From positions 2,822 through 66,821 of the forward strand of contig JBNJDY010000002.1 in assembly GCA_051745305.1 (NCBI GenBank): a DNA stretch of 64,000 bases, written 5' to 3'. The notes under the pieces are model-generated. The model was not told the DNA's origin and ran no database searches. It saw nothing but the letters and a program-made list of their open reading frames with translations. A program made the translations under genes and the position numbers. This document shows positions 18,712 through 29,078 of the stretch, piece by piece; position 1 is the stretch's first letter; every line of letters begins with the position of its first letter. This DNA is from Thermoplasmatota archaeon (GTDB lineage: Archaea; Thermoplasmatota; Thermoplasmata; Halarchaeoplasmatales; Halarchaeoplasmataceae).

Positions 18712-19632
18712 ATGGTAAAAAAGAAGGTAATTGACTTCGATATAAATGCAGACACTAAGTTATCTGATTTAATCGATCAATATTATGATTCTGGTGGTTT
18801 TGTAGCTAAAAAAGTAGGAATAGCTGTAGATGTACTCGATAAAATGTTCAACGATGAATGTGTAAAATTTCTTTCTTTTCCAGCATGTATAATCTCGACG
18901 GGGACTAGAGGTATTATCAAAGATGCTATCAAGAATGACTTATTTGATGTGATTATTACTACATGTGGTACATTGGATCATGATCTTGCTAGAGTATGGG
19001 AAGATTATTATCATGGCAGTTTTTCGGTAGATGATGGTGAATTACATAGGGAAGGTGTAAACAGGCTCGGCAATATATTCATTCCTAATTCGTCTTATGG
19101 AGAGGTACTAGAAAGGGAGATGCAGCCTTTATTAAAAGAAATAGTGGATGAATGCGGTCCAAACCTAAGTACAAGAGAGATAATCTATCAGTTTGGTAAA
19201 AGGATAGATGACGAGAGTTCTATTCTGCACTGGGCAGCAAAAAAAGATGTTCCGATATATGTTCCAGGGATCACAGACGGTGCATTTGGATCACAGATAT
19301 GGATGTACTGGCAGAATAATAAAGATTTTAGTATCAATATGATGAAAGATCAGCAGGAATTATCCGATATAGTGTTTCCAGCTGAGAAGACCGGTGCTCT
19401 TATGATCGGAGGAGGTATATCGAAACACCATACGATTTGGTGGAATCAGTTCAGAGGTGGTTTAGAGTATGCTGTTTACGTTACCACAGCGGTAGAGTAT
19501 GATGGATCTCTTTCTGGTGCGAGGATAAAAGAAGCAGTCTCATGGGGGAAAGTAAGAGAGGATGCAGACTACATAACTGTAGAAGGTGATGCTACTGCTT
19601 TATTACCTTTAATAATGGGAAAATTTTTGTAA
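18712..19632 (+). CDS. dys: Deoxyhypusine synthase
   Basis: 306 aa, DHS-family NAD-binding motifs (TCGTLDHDL...). Confidence 0.8.
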   Translation: MVKKKVIDFDINADTKLSDLIDQYYDSGGFVAKKVGIAVDVLDKMFNDECVKFLSFPACIISTGTRGIIKDAIKNDLFDVIITTCGTLDHDLARVWEDYYHGSFSVDDGELHREGVNRLGNIFIPNSSYGEVLEREMQPLLKEIVDECGPNLSTREIIYQFGKRIDDESSILHWAAKKDVPIYVPGITDGAFGSQIWMYWQNNKDFSINMMKDQQELSDIVFPAEKTGALMIGGGISKHHTIWWNQFRGGLEYAVYVTTAVEYDGSLSGARIKEAVSWGKVREDADYITVEGDATALLPLIMGKFL

Positions 19633-19637
19633 AATAA

Positions 19638-20216
19638 TCAGTCCCCTCTCAAAATCTCTTTTATTTCTAGAGCTGTTTCATATATAGGTCTGCTGGAATC
19701 TATGATGTGCCATTCACCATCTATAATAGAAAAAACCTTATTTCTTACTCTACAGAGGTCTTTAAAATTTTCAAAGGTCTCTCTATTCTGTCGCTTATTT
19801 AATCTTTCCATAGCATCTTCAGGATCGACATCTAAAAAGAACATATAATCAGATGTTGGTAAGATCTTTTTAAAAATTTTATAACTTATCTTGGAAAACG
19901 GTTTGGGAAGGTAAGCAGTTCCCATCAAATATCTAACCATAATCAGTACATCGATTTCCTCAGGATCGTAATATTTGTTCAGAGATCTTAGTACATCTAA
20001 AGTGTAAAAAACCGAGGCTTTTAATTTGTTGACCATCCCATCTTTTAGAAGGGCATTTTTAGCTATTTTACCGAAAATATTATCTTCTTCAGGGTGGGAA
20101 CGAATTTTCACTATTTTATCCTCATTATCGAACATCTCTTTTAACTTAAGGGCGTGGGTATCTTTTCCCGAAGCATCACACCCGTCTATTATAATGAGTT
20201 TCATAATGTCACCCAT
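19638..20216 (-). CDS. Thymidylate kinase-like P-loop nucleotide kinase
   Basis: Walker A IIIDGCDASGKDT, 192 aa, Tmk-like fold layout. Confidence 0.5.
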   Translation of the reverse strand: MGDIMKLIIIDGCDASGKDTHALKLKEMFDNEDKIVKIRSHPEEDNIFGKIAKNALLKDGMVNKLKASVFYTLDVLRSLNKYYDPEEIDVLIMVRYLMGTAYLPKPFSKISYKIFKKILPTSDYMFFLDVDPEDAMERLNKRQNRETFENFKDLCRVRNKVFSIIDGEWHIIDSSRPIYETALEIKEILRGD

Positions 20217-20297
20217 ATGGTTATTATATTGGGTTTCTAAACAATTTATACTATGTTTAATATAAGAGTTATATTTGTAGTTATCTAAAATTATGGT

Positions 20298-21170
20298 TCA
20301 TGTTAAAGATCCAATTAGGAATGCGACCAATCCTAACATCATAGCTATTAAAGTCATTTTTCTAAAAAGTTTTACTCGAGGATATTTTTTAACAACAATT
20401 GAAACCGTTATCCATAAAAACAGTATATTTGCAAAAGAAACAGAAACCAAGTAAAAATAGTTTCTAAAAAATGACGGATCGATGTTCACGATAAAAGGGA
20501 TCAAACTTATCGATACCGCGCTAATAAAAAACATTCCAGATATGATGAAAGATTTTTTTTCTCCTAGAAGCATTGGTAGTGACCTTACTTTTTCTTCTTT
20601 ATCTCCCTCTAAATCCATAATGTCCTTTAATATCTCACGTCCAACGCCGGAAAGGAATGCCATGGATGAAAGTATCCATATTATAGAGGGTATATTTGGT
20701 GAAAATGCGACACCTCCAAATAAAAATGGTATGGCCATTGTATATGCAATGTAATAGTTGCCGACAAGTTTGATTTTCTTAAGTTTTATATCGTAAGATA
20801 GGGCGAACAAACCAGTGATTAAAGCTATGATAAAGCATGTGTAATTCACGTAGAATGCTGTGATTATTCCCATTGGAAAGAAGATAAAGGTCACTAAAAG
20901 CGCTGTCATAGGAGATAGATCGTCTCTAACAAGGGGCCTATCTGTCCTGTCATTTCTTTTATCGATGGGATAATCAAAATAGTCATTCAAAGCAAAAGTA
21001 CTAATCTCCAGAAAAACAGCTGTAAAAATAGCTAATGTAAGCTTCCAGTAGTCTGAGGGCATTCCTTTTTGGGCTATTACGGCACCTATCAATACTGCGG
21101 CAGCCAGCATCAAACCATGGTCTAACCTGATAAGATCCCATATACCCTTGATTTTACCCATGAAATTCAC
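20298..21170 (-). CDS. UbiA-family prenyltransferase, probably digeranylgeranylglyceryl phosphate synthase
   Basis: Motif NDYFDYPIDKRNDRTDRPL, 8-9 TM helices, and a neighbourhood of archaeal lipid genes. Confidence 0.7.
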   Translation of the reverse strand: MNFMGKIKGIWDLIRLDHGLMLAAAVLIGAVIAQKGMPSDYWKLTLAIFTAVFLEISTFALNDYFDYPIDKRNDRTDRPLVRDDLSPMTALLVTFIFFPMGIITAFYVNYTCFIIALITGLFALSYDIKLKKIKLVGNYYIAYTMAIPFLFGGVAFSPNIPSIIWILSSMAFLSGVGREILKDIMDLEGDKEEKVRSLPMLLGEKKSFIISGMFFISAVSISLIPFIVNIDPSFFRNYFYLVSVSFANILFLWITVSIVVKKYPRVKLFRKMTLIAMMLGLVAFLIGSLT

Positions 21171-21222
21171 ATCTGTAAGACTGTTGCCTTATCGAAGATT
21201 TTTCTTATTGATATTGTATTGA

Positions 21223-21693
21223 TTATATTACGTTTTCAGAGATTTCTTCACCTTTCATCTCTCTTTCACAATATACGCATTTCAATGTGACTGGATCTTC
21301 ACCGACTACATCAAATTCCGGTTCTATCGGTTCATTCTGATTCGTGATACATGTGTTGTTAATGCATTTGACAATTCCTTTTACTTTTTCAGGTAATTTG
21401 ACCTGGTGTTTTTTAATAACCTCGAAATCTCGTATTATATTAACAGTTGCTTTAGGGGATATAAGCGAAATTTTGTCTAATTCATCGCTTTCTAGTTCCA
21501 TATTCTCTACTTTTACGATGTCTTTTTTGCCAAAACTACTGTTGACGTTCATGGCAATACTAACGATACTGTTCATCTGTTTATCCATGACGCCTATTAT
21601 TTTTAGGACTTTCATGGCATGACCACTTTTAACGTGATCGATAACAGTTCCGCTTTCTATAGGCGTTATCTTGATCTTCTTCTTTTTATTCAT
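21223..21693 (-). CDS. pyrI: Aspartate carbamoyltransferase regulatory chain
   Basis: C-terminal Zn domain CxxC...CxxC (CINNTCITN...CVYCE). 156 aa. The stop overlaps pyrB. Confidence 0.85.
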   Translation of the reverse strand: MNKKKKIKITPIESGTVIDHVKSGHAMKVLKIIGVMDKQMNSIVSIAMNVNSSFGKKDIVKVENMELESDELDKISLISPKATVNIIRDFEVIKKHQVKLPEKVKGIVKCINNTCITNQNEPIEPEFDVVGEDPVTLKCVYCEREMKGEEISENVI

Positions 21694-22654
21694 AGTATTC
21701 CTCCGTTAATAATTTCAACAGAGCCATCCGGATGGGTACACCATTAGCAGCCTGCTGGAAATATCTAGCCTGTTTTGTTTGGTCAACATCTGTAGAAATC
21801 TCATCTACTCTTGGTAGAGGATGCATAATTATCAAATTCTCGTTTACATTTTCTAACATGTTCTTTTTAACATTGTATGTTTCAGCAACTTCAAGATATT
21901 CATCTTCGCTAGGGAATCTTTCTCTTTGTATTCTTGTCATATAGAGTACATCTAGTTCAGAAAGCACATCTTTTATATTTTCAACTTTTTTGTAATTGAT
22001 ACCGATCTTTTCTATATCCTTTATTATCTCGTCAGGTATCTGCAGTGCGTTTGGTGCAATAAAGGTTAGATCACATCCATACATAGACAATGCGTGGGTA
22101 AGAGAATGCACAGTTCTACCATATTTCAAATCACCTGCTATACCGATCTTTTTGTTCTTTATCTCACCTTTTTCCTCTTTTATTGTAAACAGATCAAGTA
22201 AAGTCTGAGTAGGATGTTGGCCTGCCCCATCACCAGCATTTATTATCGGTTTTTCTGAGAATTTAGCAGCTAATCTCGCCGCTCCTTCCTGAGGGTGTCT
22301 TAAAACAATTATGTCTACATAACTAGCGATCACTTGTATCGTATCTGCTAAGGTTTCACCTTTTTTTACTGATGATGTACCCGGTCTAGCGAACCCTATA
22401 CATGTACCTCCTAATCTTTTCATAGCACTTTCAAATGAAAGACGTGTTCTTGTGCTTGGTTCAAAAAACAAAGTACCTAATATTTTACCGTTTAATGAAT
22501 TATCAGTTTTGTTACCTATAGCAATCTCTTTCATGTCTTTAGCTATATCAAGGATCTCGTTGATTTCCTCTCTTGTGAAATCTTTTATTGAGACTACGTG
22601 TTTTTTATCGAACTTCGAAACCATATTTCTCAACCGGTAATAAAAATAGTTCAA
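21686..22654 (-). CDS. pyrB: Aspartate carbamoyltransferase catalytic chain
   Basis: STRTR and HPLP motifs. The start is likely at the internal MVSKFDKK. Confidence 0.9.
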   Translation of the reverse strand: MNYFYYRLRNMVSKFDKKHVVSIKDFTREEINEILDIAKDMKEIAIGNKTDNSLNGKILGTLFFEPSTRTRLSFESAMKRLGGTCIGFARPGTSSVKKGETLADTIQVIASYVDIIVLRHPQEGAARLAAKFSEKPIINAGDGAGQHPTQTLLDLFTIKEEKGEIKNKKIGIAGDLKYGRTVHSLTHALSMYGCDLTFIAPNALQIPDEIIKDIEKIGINYKKVENIKDVLSELDVLYMTRIQRERFPSEDEYLEVAETYNVKKNMLENVNENLIIMHPLPRVDEISTDVDQTKQARYFQQAANGVPIRMALLKLLTEEYYE

Positions 22655-22731
22655 TATATGGTTTTGGATTAGTATATATTTATCCCCACTAAAAGATAGA
22701 GATAAAAAATAGTTTAATTAAGTTGTTTGCT

Positions 22732-23601
22732 TTATAATAGGCCTGCTTTCTGAAGCGTCATTATATCTTCGGTACCAAGTTTCTGGCCCTTTTTAAACTG
22801 TTCATAAAGTTTCTCAGCCTCTTCTTTGGTATCCTTCTCTTCTTTTCTCTTTTTTGCCATCTTTTCCTTTTTTCTGAGGCCAGATATGATTTTGTTATAA
22901 TCTTGTACCTCGTTAACAGCTTCAATATGTTTTTGATGGTATTCATCGGCTTCAACTTTCGCTTCTACGAATTTTGCCTGAGCTCCATCTGCTTTTTCTC
23001 TAACTTCGTCAGCTTCGTTAAAGATCTCTATCATCTTGTCGTGTTTTTTCTGTGCTTCATCTGCTTTAGTAGACAATTCTTCGTGGAACTTTTCAGCTTT
23101 TTCTTTTGCTTCATCAAGTTTTTCTGATAATTCTTTCAATTCTTCGTTTTCATTGAGCAATCGTTCTCTCTCTTTTACTTTATCCCTTAATGTAGAAATT
23201 TGGTCAACGATCTCTTTTTCCTTTTCAGTGGAAAGAACATTTGTCATCTGTTTGTATTCGAGCTTTTCAATATCTTTGTTCAACTTTTCAATAGAATTTC
23301 CATCTTTTGGGAGAATCTCTCTTTTCTTCCTTTTAAGTTTGTTAGATAATTCTCTAACTTTCTTATTAAGCTCGTTTCTCTTTTCTTTTGCTTTCTTAAC
23401 GTCCTCATTGAGCTTGTTACGTTCCTCTTTAAGCTCATTTCCCTCTTCTATAAGCTCTTTGACCTTAGAATTGAGTTCATCTCTTTTTTGAACCCATTTT
23501 TTGGCCTCTTGATTCATCTCATTCCTAAGGCGCTTATATTTCTCAGCCTGGGAATTGGCCCGTTTTCTTTTTTCTTCCAATTCCTTTAGAAGTTCAGTCA
23601 T
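22732..23601 (-). CDS. K/E-rich all-coiled-coil protein (289 aa), function unknown
   Basis: Continuous heptad-like charged sequence. No enzymatic motifs were found. Confidence 0.45.
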   Translation of the reverse strand: MTELLKELEEKRKRANSQAEKYKRLRNEMNQEAKKWVQKRDELNSKVKELIEEGNELKEERNKLNEDVKKAKEKRNELNKKVRELSNKLKRKKREILPKDGNSIEKLNKDIEKLEYKQMTNVLSTEKEKEIVDQISTLRDKVKERERLLNENEELKELSEKLDEAKEKAEKFHEELSTKADEAQKKHDKMIEIFNEADEVREKADGAQAKFVEAKVEADEYHQKHIEAVNEVQDYNKIISGLRKKEKMAKKRKEEKDTKEEAEKLYEQFKKGQKLGTEDIMTLQKAGLL

Positions 23602-23796
23602 GTTCTCAGCACTATCCAGTAATTTATAATTTAATGAAGCAAACTAATCAATATATGACCCCTTTATAACACTTTCGGAGCTATTCTTAAGTAAAATAAG
23701 AAAATATCGAGTTTTTCCTTTCACTGAATGTTTAAAACTGTATGAAGACGCAAACGTAATATAATACTTCCATAGTTTAAGCCCTTAGTTGGTAAA

Positions 23797-25218
23797 ATGG
23801 AAGAAAAAAAATCTACTCTAGAAGATGAACTCACATTCTCTATACCTAATGCATGGGAGCAGTCTGATGAAGAAACTGAATCGGAGATAACAGAATTCGC
23901 TGAAAAATACAAAGTTTTTTTATCTGAATCAAAAACTGAAAGGGAAGCAGTAGACAATACAATTGATTTACTCAGAGAAAACGGATTTGTATCCATAGAC
24001 GAGTGTGAAAAATTAGAACAAGGAGATAAGGTCTACATCGTTAATAAAAACAAAGCAATAGCCATCGTCGTTATCGGAAAAAATAATATCACAGATGGTT
24101 GTCAAATACTCACAAGTCATATAGATGCCCCAAGGTTAGATCTCAAGGCAAGGCCAGTTTACGAAGATCAAGATGCTTCACTGGCACTTTTCAAGACCCA
24201 TTATTATGGTGGGATTAAGAAATATCAATGGGTAAGTACACCTTTAGCTATCCACGGTAAAGTAGTCAAAGAAGATGGAGAAGTGATAGATGTATCCATA
24301 GGTGAAGATCTAAATGATCCTGTCTTTGCAGTTAGTGATTTACTACCCCATCTTTCAAAGAAAAAGCAATCTGAAAGGAAGATGAAAGATGTCATTAAAG
24401 GTGAGGAATTGAATGTGGTCATCGGAGGCAAACCTATAGATGACGATGATATAGATGAAAAAGTCAAAATTAATGTCTTGAAGATATTAAAAGATAAGTA
24501 CGATATCGTTGAGGAGGACTTGACTAGTGCTGAAATCGAGATAGTTCCAGCAGGACCAGCTAGAGACCTTGGCTTTGATAGAAGTATGGTAGGTGGATAT
24601 GGTCATGATGACAGAGTATGCGCTTTTACCAGCTTGATGGCAGGACTCAACATAGAAACCCCCTCTAAAACCAGTTTGGTTTTGGTATACGACAAAGAAG
24701 AAATTGGTAGTGAGGGCAATACCGGTGCGAATTCTAGATTTACCGAATCAGTGTTCCAACAGATCCTTGCTAAAACATTGGGAGAGTATTCCATGGAGGA
24801 TTTCAGAAACCTTATGGAAAACAGCAAGGGTATTTCTGGAGACGTCAATCCAGGTGTTAACCCGTCCTTTAAGAGTGTTCATGACCTCCAGAACGCCGGT
24901 AAGATGAGTAAAGGAATCGTTATAACTAAATTTACTGGTGCAGGTGGAAAATATAGCGCAAATGATGCTCATGCAGAATACGCTGCTTATATAAGACGTG
25001 TATTCAATGAAAACGACGTCTGCTGGCAGACAGCTGAACTAGGAAAGGTCGACGAAGGTGGTGGAGGTACAGTAGCTAAATTCTTAGCCAATTTGAACTT
25101 AGATATAATCGACGCGGGTCCACCATTATTAGGTATGCATTCACCATTCGAGATAATATCAAAAGTGGATATTTACCATACCTATAAAGCATACAAAGCA
25201 TTTTTAGAAGCTGAATAG
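23797..25218 (+). CDS. M18-family (aspartyl) aminopeptidase
   Basis: HIDAPRLDLK (the HTDSP-like metal site) and KEEIGSEG motifs. 473 aa. Confidence 0.7.
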   Translation: MEEKKSTLEDELTFSIPNAWEQSDEETESEITEFAEKYKVFLSESKTEREAVDNTIDLLRENGFVSIDECEKLEQGDKVYIVNKNKAIAIVVIGKNNITDGCQILTSHIDAPRLDLKARPVYEDQDASLALFKTHYYGGIKKYQWVSTPLAIHGKVVKEDGEVIDVSIGEDLNDPVFAVSDLLPHLSKKKQSERKMKDVIKGEELNVVIGGKPIDDDDIDEKVKINVLKILKDKYDIVEEDLTSAEIEIVPAGPARDLGFDRSMVGGYGHDDRVCAFTSLMAGLNIETPSKTSLVLVYDKEEIGSEGNTGANSRFTESVFQQILAKTLGEYSMEDFRNLMENSKGISGDVNPGVNPSFKSVHDLQNAGKMSKGIVITKFTGAGGKYSANDAHAEYAAYIRRVFNENDVCWQTAELGKVDEGGGGTVAKFLANLNLDIIDAGPPLLGMHSPFEIISKVDIYHTYKAYKAFLEAE

Positions 25219-25268
25219 GTTAGAAAAAATCTAAATCCTTTTCTTTTTTATTCTTATTATTTTTATTA

Positions 25269-27188
25269 TTACTTGTCCATAATCTTTACTCCGCCAGGAG
25301 GTAATATATTTTGGACTTCACTAACGGGTACTTCAAAGTACTTTGACATTTCCTTTGCAAACTCATTTTGGTCTTTTTTACCGGGTATGAATTTCACTTT
25401 TTTTCCTAGAAACTCCTCATCTTTATTTTTCAGCAGTAAACTTGGAGCGCACATGACCTTTCTATGACCTTTATACTCAATTTCTATCAAGATCGCTTCG
25501 AGGGGTAAATTATCGAGGTAATTCCTCTTCCCCCTGATTACAAAAGCTCCCGTTGGTAGTGATTCTCCCGCTTCCGCAGTTTTACTAACCTGATTTGGCT
25601 TTACCCAGTATGCTCGACCCGATGCGATCCCTCTTTTCCATTCTTTGGAATGGATAAGTGAGTATTGACATGCTTCTATTAATGAAGGCTCATCTATACT
25701 GGTATCATTCTTGACCACAACGCTTGGGGCACCACCAGCTTCTGCATGGGCATACCTGGAATCATTTTCCATGTATTTTTTAACTACTTCTTCATTTGTT
25801 TTAGTATCCTTCCCTGCGATGACTATGTTATCTTCACTTGAAATGAACCATTTGTACTTATCGAACCAAAATTTTTCAGTTGGTTCAATTGTTTTCTTTT
25901 CGATCTTCTTTGCTTTACCCTCTTCTATCTGTTTTTCCGTTCGTTTTACTGCTTTCCTTGCCCCTTCTAGTTTTTTCTTGGATTTTTTACTTTTGTTATA
26001 GTATTTTTGAGCATTTTCGTTGACATCTTTTCTAAAATCTAATTTGACATTTTTCTCTATTTTATTCTCATCAACTACCCCTTTCAAACTCATTATAATA
26101 TATTCATCTTTATCATTAACTTGAACTACCACATCTTTTCCCCTTAACTTTTCATATATTTCAACTCTATTTCCTTCATCTCTAGCTTTATGTATTGTAC
26201 TCAAAGTTTTTTCACATTCTTTGTAATTTTGATAAATTATCTCTGCGATATTTTTGTTTTCAACTATACTTTCTTTCAAATTTTTTACAGCTCTTTTCTG
26301 CTGTTCCAACTTCCTGTCCAATCTTGAATCCTCTTTTTTTTCTTCTTCAATTTTTTCTTCTGGTTTTGGAAAGGCTTTGTCCAGTGCTTCATTGTATGTA
26401 TTCGTCTCTTTGACTTCGTAATTCTCATATATAGATAAAGGAAAAGGAACTGCATCGATGATTTCATTGTCTTCTTTAACTAATACAGGGTCTAACCTAT
26501 CTTCATCTAATACATGAATCTTCAAATCATCGATAACCTCCAATATGCCTTCAGTATATTCTAAAAACTCTTCAGAATTTTTGTCTACATTTAACCTTGA
26601 ACATATTTCTTCGGAATATTTTCCTCCAATATTAAGGTCAACAGCTAAAGTCCGTACAAGGTCTTTATCAGAGTCTTCTAATATCTGAATCAGTTCTTCC
26701 CTAGAGATATGTAAGGGATTAAGACGTTTAGGAGGGAATTTATAGAGCTCACCTTTTTTCAACTCTCTGTGACTCCAAGATTCAGACCTATAAGGCAGTA
26801 GAATTCTATCCTCTCCGTCGAGTATAAGGTTTCCCTTACCAAACACTTCAAAAATCAATCTAAATTTCCTTTTTTTTCTTAATTCCATTACAACAACTCT
26901 ATCGAATTCATGTTGGTAGATATCGGTGATGCTGGCGTTGCCTATATATTTTCGAATAAGCATTATGAAGTCGCCGGGATGCATTGGGTTATCCCTATCT
27001 TTCTCAGTCAAATAAAGCGCTTTTCCGATCCGGAATATCAGCATTTTTTTACCTTTTCCAGGAACGTGAATTCTAAAAAGGAGTTCTTTTTTGTTAGGTC
27101 GGTATATTTTTTGCGTATACCCTCCTATCAAGCTTTTTAATTCATTTACGGCTGCTGAGATTTCTAGGGATTCCATCTCTTCTTTCAT
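25269..27188 (-). CDS. NFACT-family ribosome quality-control protein (Rqc2/NEMF/RqcH homologue)
   Basis: NFACT-N at the N-terminus, a central coiled coil, and a C-terminal NFACT-R (DUF814) region with WFDKYKWFISSEDNIVIAGKD...AHAE. Confidence 0.8.
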   Translation of the reverse strand: MKEEMESLEISAAVNELKSLIGGYTQKIYRPNKKELLFRIHVPGKGKKMLIFRIGKALYLTEKDRDNPMHPGDFIMLIRKYIGNASITDIYQHEFDRVVVMELRKKRKFRLIFEVFGKGNLILDGEDRILLPYRSESWSHRELKKGELYKFPPKRLNPLHISREELIQILEDSDKDLVRTLAVDLNIGGKYSEEICSRLNVDKNSEEFLEYTEGILEVIDDLKIHVLDEDRLDPVLVKEDNEIIDAVPFPLSIYENYEVKETNTYNEALDKAFPKPEEKIEEEKKEDSRLDRKLEQQKRAVKNLKESIVENKNIAEIIYQNYKECEKTLSTIHKARDEGNRVEIYEKLRGKDVVVQVNDKDEYIIMSLKGVVDENKIEKNVKLDFRKDVNENAQKYYNKSKKSKKKLEGARKAVKRTEKQIEEGKAKKIEKKTIEPTEKFWFDKYKWFISSEDNIVIAGKDTKTNEEVVKKYMENDSRYAHAEAGGAPSVVVKNDTSIDEPSLIEACQYSLIHSKEWKRGIASGRAYWVKPNQVSKTAEAGESLPTGAFVIRGKRNYLDNLPLEAILIEIEYKGHRKVMCAPSLLLKNKDEEFLGKKVKFIPGKKDQNEFAKEMSKYFEVPVSEVQNILPPGGVKIMDK

Positions 27189-27316
27189 GGCTATGAAAAC
27201 TCACCCTTCAGGTTTATATTTTTTTACATAGGAATTCGTTGAAACGTATACTGTAGTTTTGTTTAAAGGATAAATTTTGTTTTAAGCACAAATCTTAAAT
27301 TCATCTTTTTTCATTA

Positions 27317-27973
27317 GTGGAAGGAGGATTTATAATGAGGATAAGATGGCATGGACATTCGTGTTTCGAAATTGAAAACGATTCAGTGGTCGTAACTGAC
27401 CCCCATGACGGGAGGAATATTGGTATTAGAGAACCGAATGTTAAAGGTGATATTGTTACTGTAAGTCATGATCATTTTGACCATAACGCAGTCAGACTAG
27501 TAGAAAAGAGTGATACACAGGTCATAGACGAACCTGGAGAATATGATAAAGGAAAAATAAAAATAAAGGGCTTTAAAACCTATCATGATGAAGAAAGTGG
27601 TAAAAAGAGAGGGGATAATATAATATTCAAATTTGAAACAGATGGAGTAAAATTATGCCATCTTGGGGATCTAGGTCATGATTTGGATGATGAAATGATA
27701 GAAGAAATAAAACCAGTGGATTTTCTTTTTATCCCTATAGGAGGCACTTTCACTATAGGTCCTGAAGATGCAGCTAAGATTATTGAAAAAATCAAACCTA
27801 GTATTGCGATACCTATGCATTTTAAAGTCGGTGGACTATCTTTAGATATAATGGGTGTCCAACCTTTCTTAGATCTATATCCAGAAGAAAAGACCCATAA
27901 AGTGGGTGTTGAATTAGATTTCTTAAAAACAGATTTACCTAAAGAGACTGAAGTTTGGGTTTTCTCTCTATAA
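27317..27973 (+). CDS. MBL-fold metal-dependent hydrolase (UPF0173-like)
   Basis: Motifs RWHGHSCF, HDHFDHN and HLGDLGH. The likely start is MRIRWHGH. Confidence 0.7.
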   Translation: MEGGFIMRIRWHGHSCFEIENDSVVVTDPHDGRNIGIREPNVKGDIVTVSHDHFDHNAVRLVEKSDTQVIDEPGEYDKGKIKIKGFKTYHDEESGKKRGDNIIFKFETDGVKLCHLGDLGHDLDDEMIEEIKPVDFLFIPIGGTFTIGPEDAAKIIEKIKPSIAIPMHFKVGGLSLDIMGVQPFLDLYPEEKTHKVGVELDFLKTDLPKETEVWVFSL

Positions 27974-27975
27974 AA

Positions 27976-28626
27976 TCAATCTAAATAACCTAAACCTTCT
28001 TCTATCCTTCCCATCTCTATAGGTGTCGTTCTATTCCCTATAACTGCACCTTTTGTGTTTGCAACTAAACAAGTACCTATCCATGCAGAACCATGGTTTG
28101 CAGTCGTTTTCATAACAGGAACTTCGAAAAGGTCTTCCATCTTCTCTTTTTCATCTTCTTTTACATGGGGATGACAAAGGATACCTTTGTTAGTGGCAAC
28201 TGCAACTGAACCGACCATCTCGATACCAGCTATATTTCCTCGCTTCACTGGAACTTTTAAGAAAGATTTTATTGCTTTCTCGGTTTTTTTATGAAGGTCT
28301 GGATGTATCAATGCGCCATAATCGTTTATTAGAATATTGTTACCAAGAGCATTGAATCGGTCAGGTACCAATGTTACATCAGCATGATCTAACAGAGGGT
28401 CTATTTCCCTACTTTCTGCGATGTCAGAAACCAGTATTCCATTGGAATTTGCAGCCATCAAAGCCCCTAATACCCTTGTCCCTCCTACTGTTGTTCTTAC
28501 CACGGGAGTTTCCATCGCTTCCTCGAAAGGCTTTTTATCTACTAATGGAATAATAGAAAGTTCCTCTGTAGTAACGGTGAAAACACCTATGTACGGTTTT
28601 TGATCGATGGCATGTTTTTTAAGCAT
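27976..28626 (-). CDS. eif6: Translation initiation factor 6
   Basis: aIF6 family, 216 aa, five-fold pseudo-repeat pattern. Confidence 0.85.
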   Translation of the reverse strand: MLKKHAIDQKPYIGVFTVTTEELSIIPLVDKKPFEEAMETPVVRTTVGGTRVLGALMAANSNGILVSDIAESREIDPLLDHADVTLVPDRFNALGNNILINDYGALIHPDLHKKTEKAIKSFLKVPVKRGNIAGIEMVGSVAVATNKGILCHPHVKEDEKEKMEDLFEVPVMKTTANHGSAWIGTCLVANTKGAVIGNRTTPIEMGRIEEGLGYLD

Positions 28627-28629
28627 AGA

Positions 28630-28896
28630 TTACTCTCTTGGGATTGAAACTTCTACTATACCATCCTCGAATTTAATCGCTCGTACTTTTATTTTCGAAG
28701 GTGGCTTTTTCACTCCCCTTCGCCATATTTCTTCGTTAGTGCTAGAGTCTATCCAAACGTCCTCTGATGGGACATTCATATGTTTAGAAACAAACTTTCT
28801 AACGATTTTCATCGCCAAAGATGCTCTTTTACTAGCTGGTGAATTTTTAACTTCGTTTAATGGAATATTAATTATTCTCTCTTCTTGGTCTACCAT
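28630..28896 (-). CDS. rpl31e: 50S ribosomal protein L31e
   Basis: 88 aa, eL31 motifs. Conserved L39e-L31e-aIF6 order. Confidence 0.85.
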   Translation of the reverse strand: MVDQEERIINIPLNEVKNSPASKRASLAMKIVRKFVSKHMNVPSEDVWIDSSTNEEIWRRGVKKPPSKIKVRAIKFEDGIVEVSIPRE

Positions 28897-28919
28897 ATCC
28901 TCACCTGTTTTAAATCGAT

Positions 28920-29075
28920 CTACTCGTCTAAGTCATCTCGACGCCAATTTCTTCTCTTTGGGTGACGAGTGAACCGTCTGTTAGTCCTCTGCATTACCCA
29001 TGCAGGTACACGTTTGTTTTCTTTACCTTTTTTCAGCAATCTTCTTTTTTTAGGTCCTGGTTTATTGCTTGACAT
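28920..29075 (-). CDS. rpl39e: 50S ribosomal protein L39e (51 aa; not in the ORF track)
   Basis: Manual translation gives [51 protein letters not shown]. The position upstream of rpl31e matches the archaeal operon. Confidence 0.75.
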   Translation of the reverse strand: MSSNKPGPKKRRLLKKGKENKRVPAWVMQRTNRRFTRHPKRRNWRRDDLDE

Positions 29076-29078
29076 GAT

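Noticed and set aside
22732-23601. Apparent repetitiveness (AAGAAG/GAAGAA-rich) that might suggest tandem repeats or a CRISPR-like array
   Set aside because: The periodicity is codon-level Lys/Glu repetition of a coiled-coil protein. There are no direct repeats with unique spacers, and no CRISPR array anywhere in the window.
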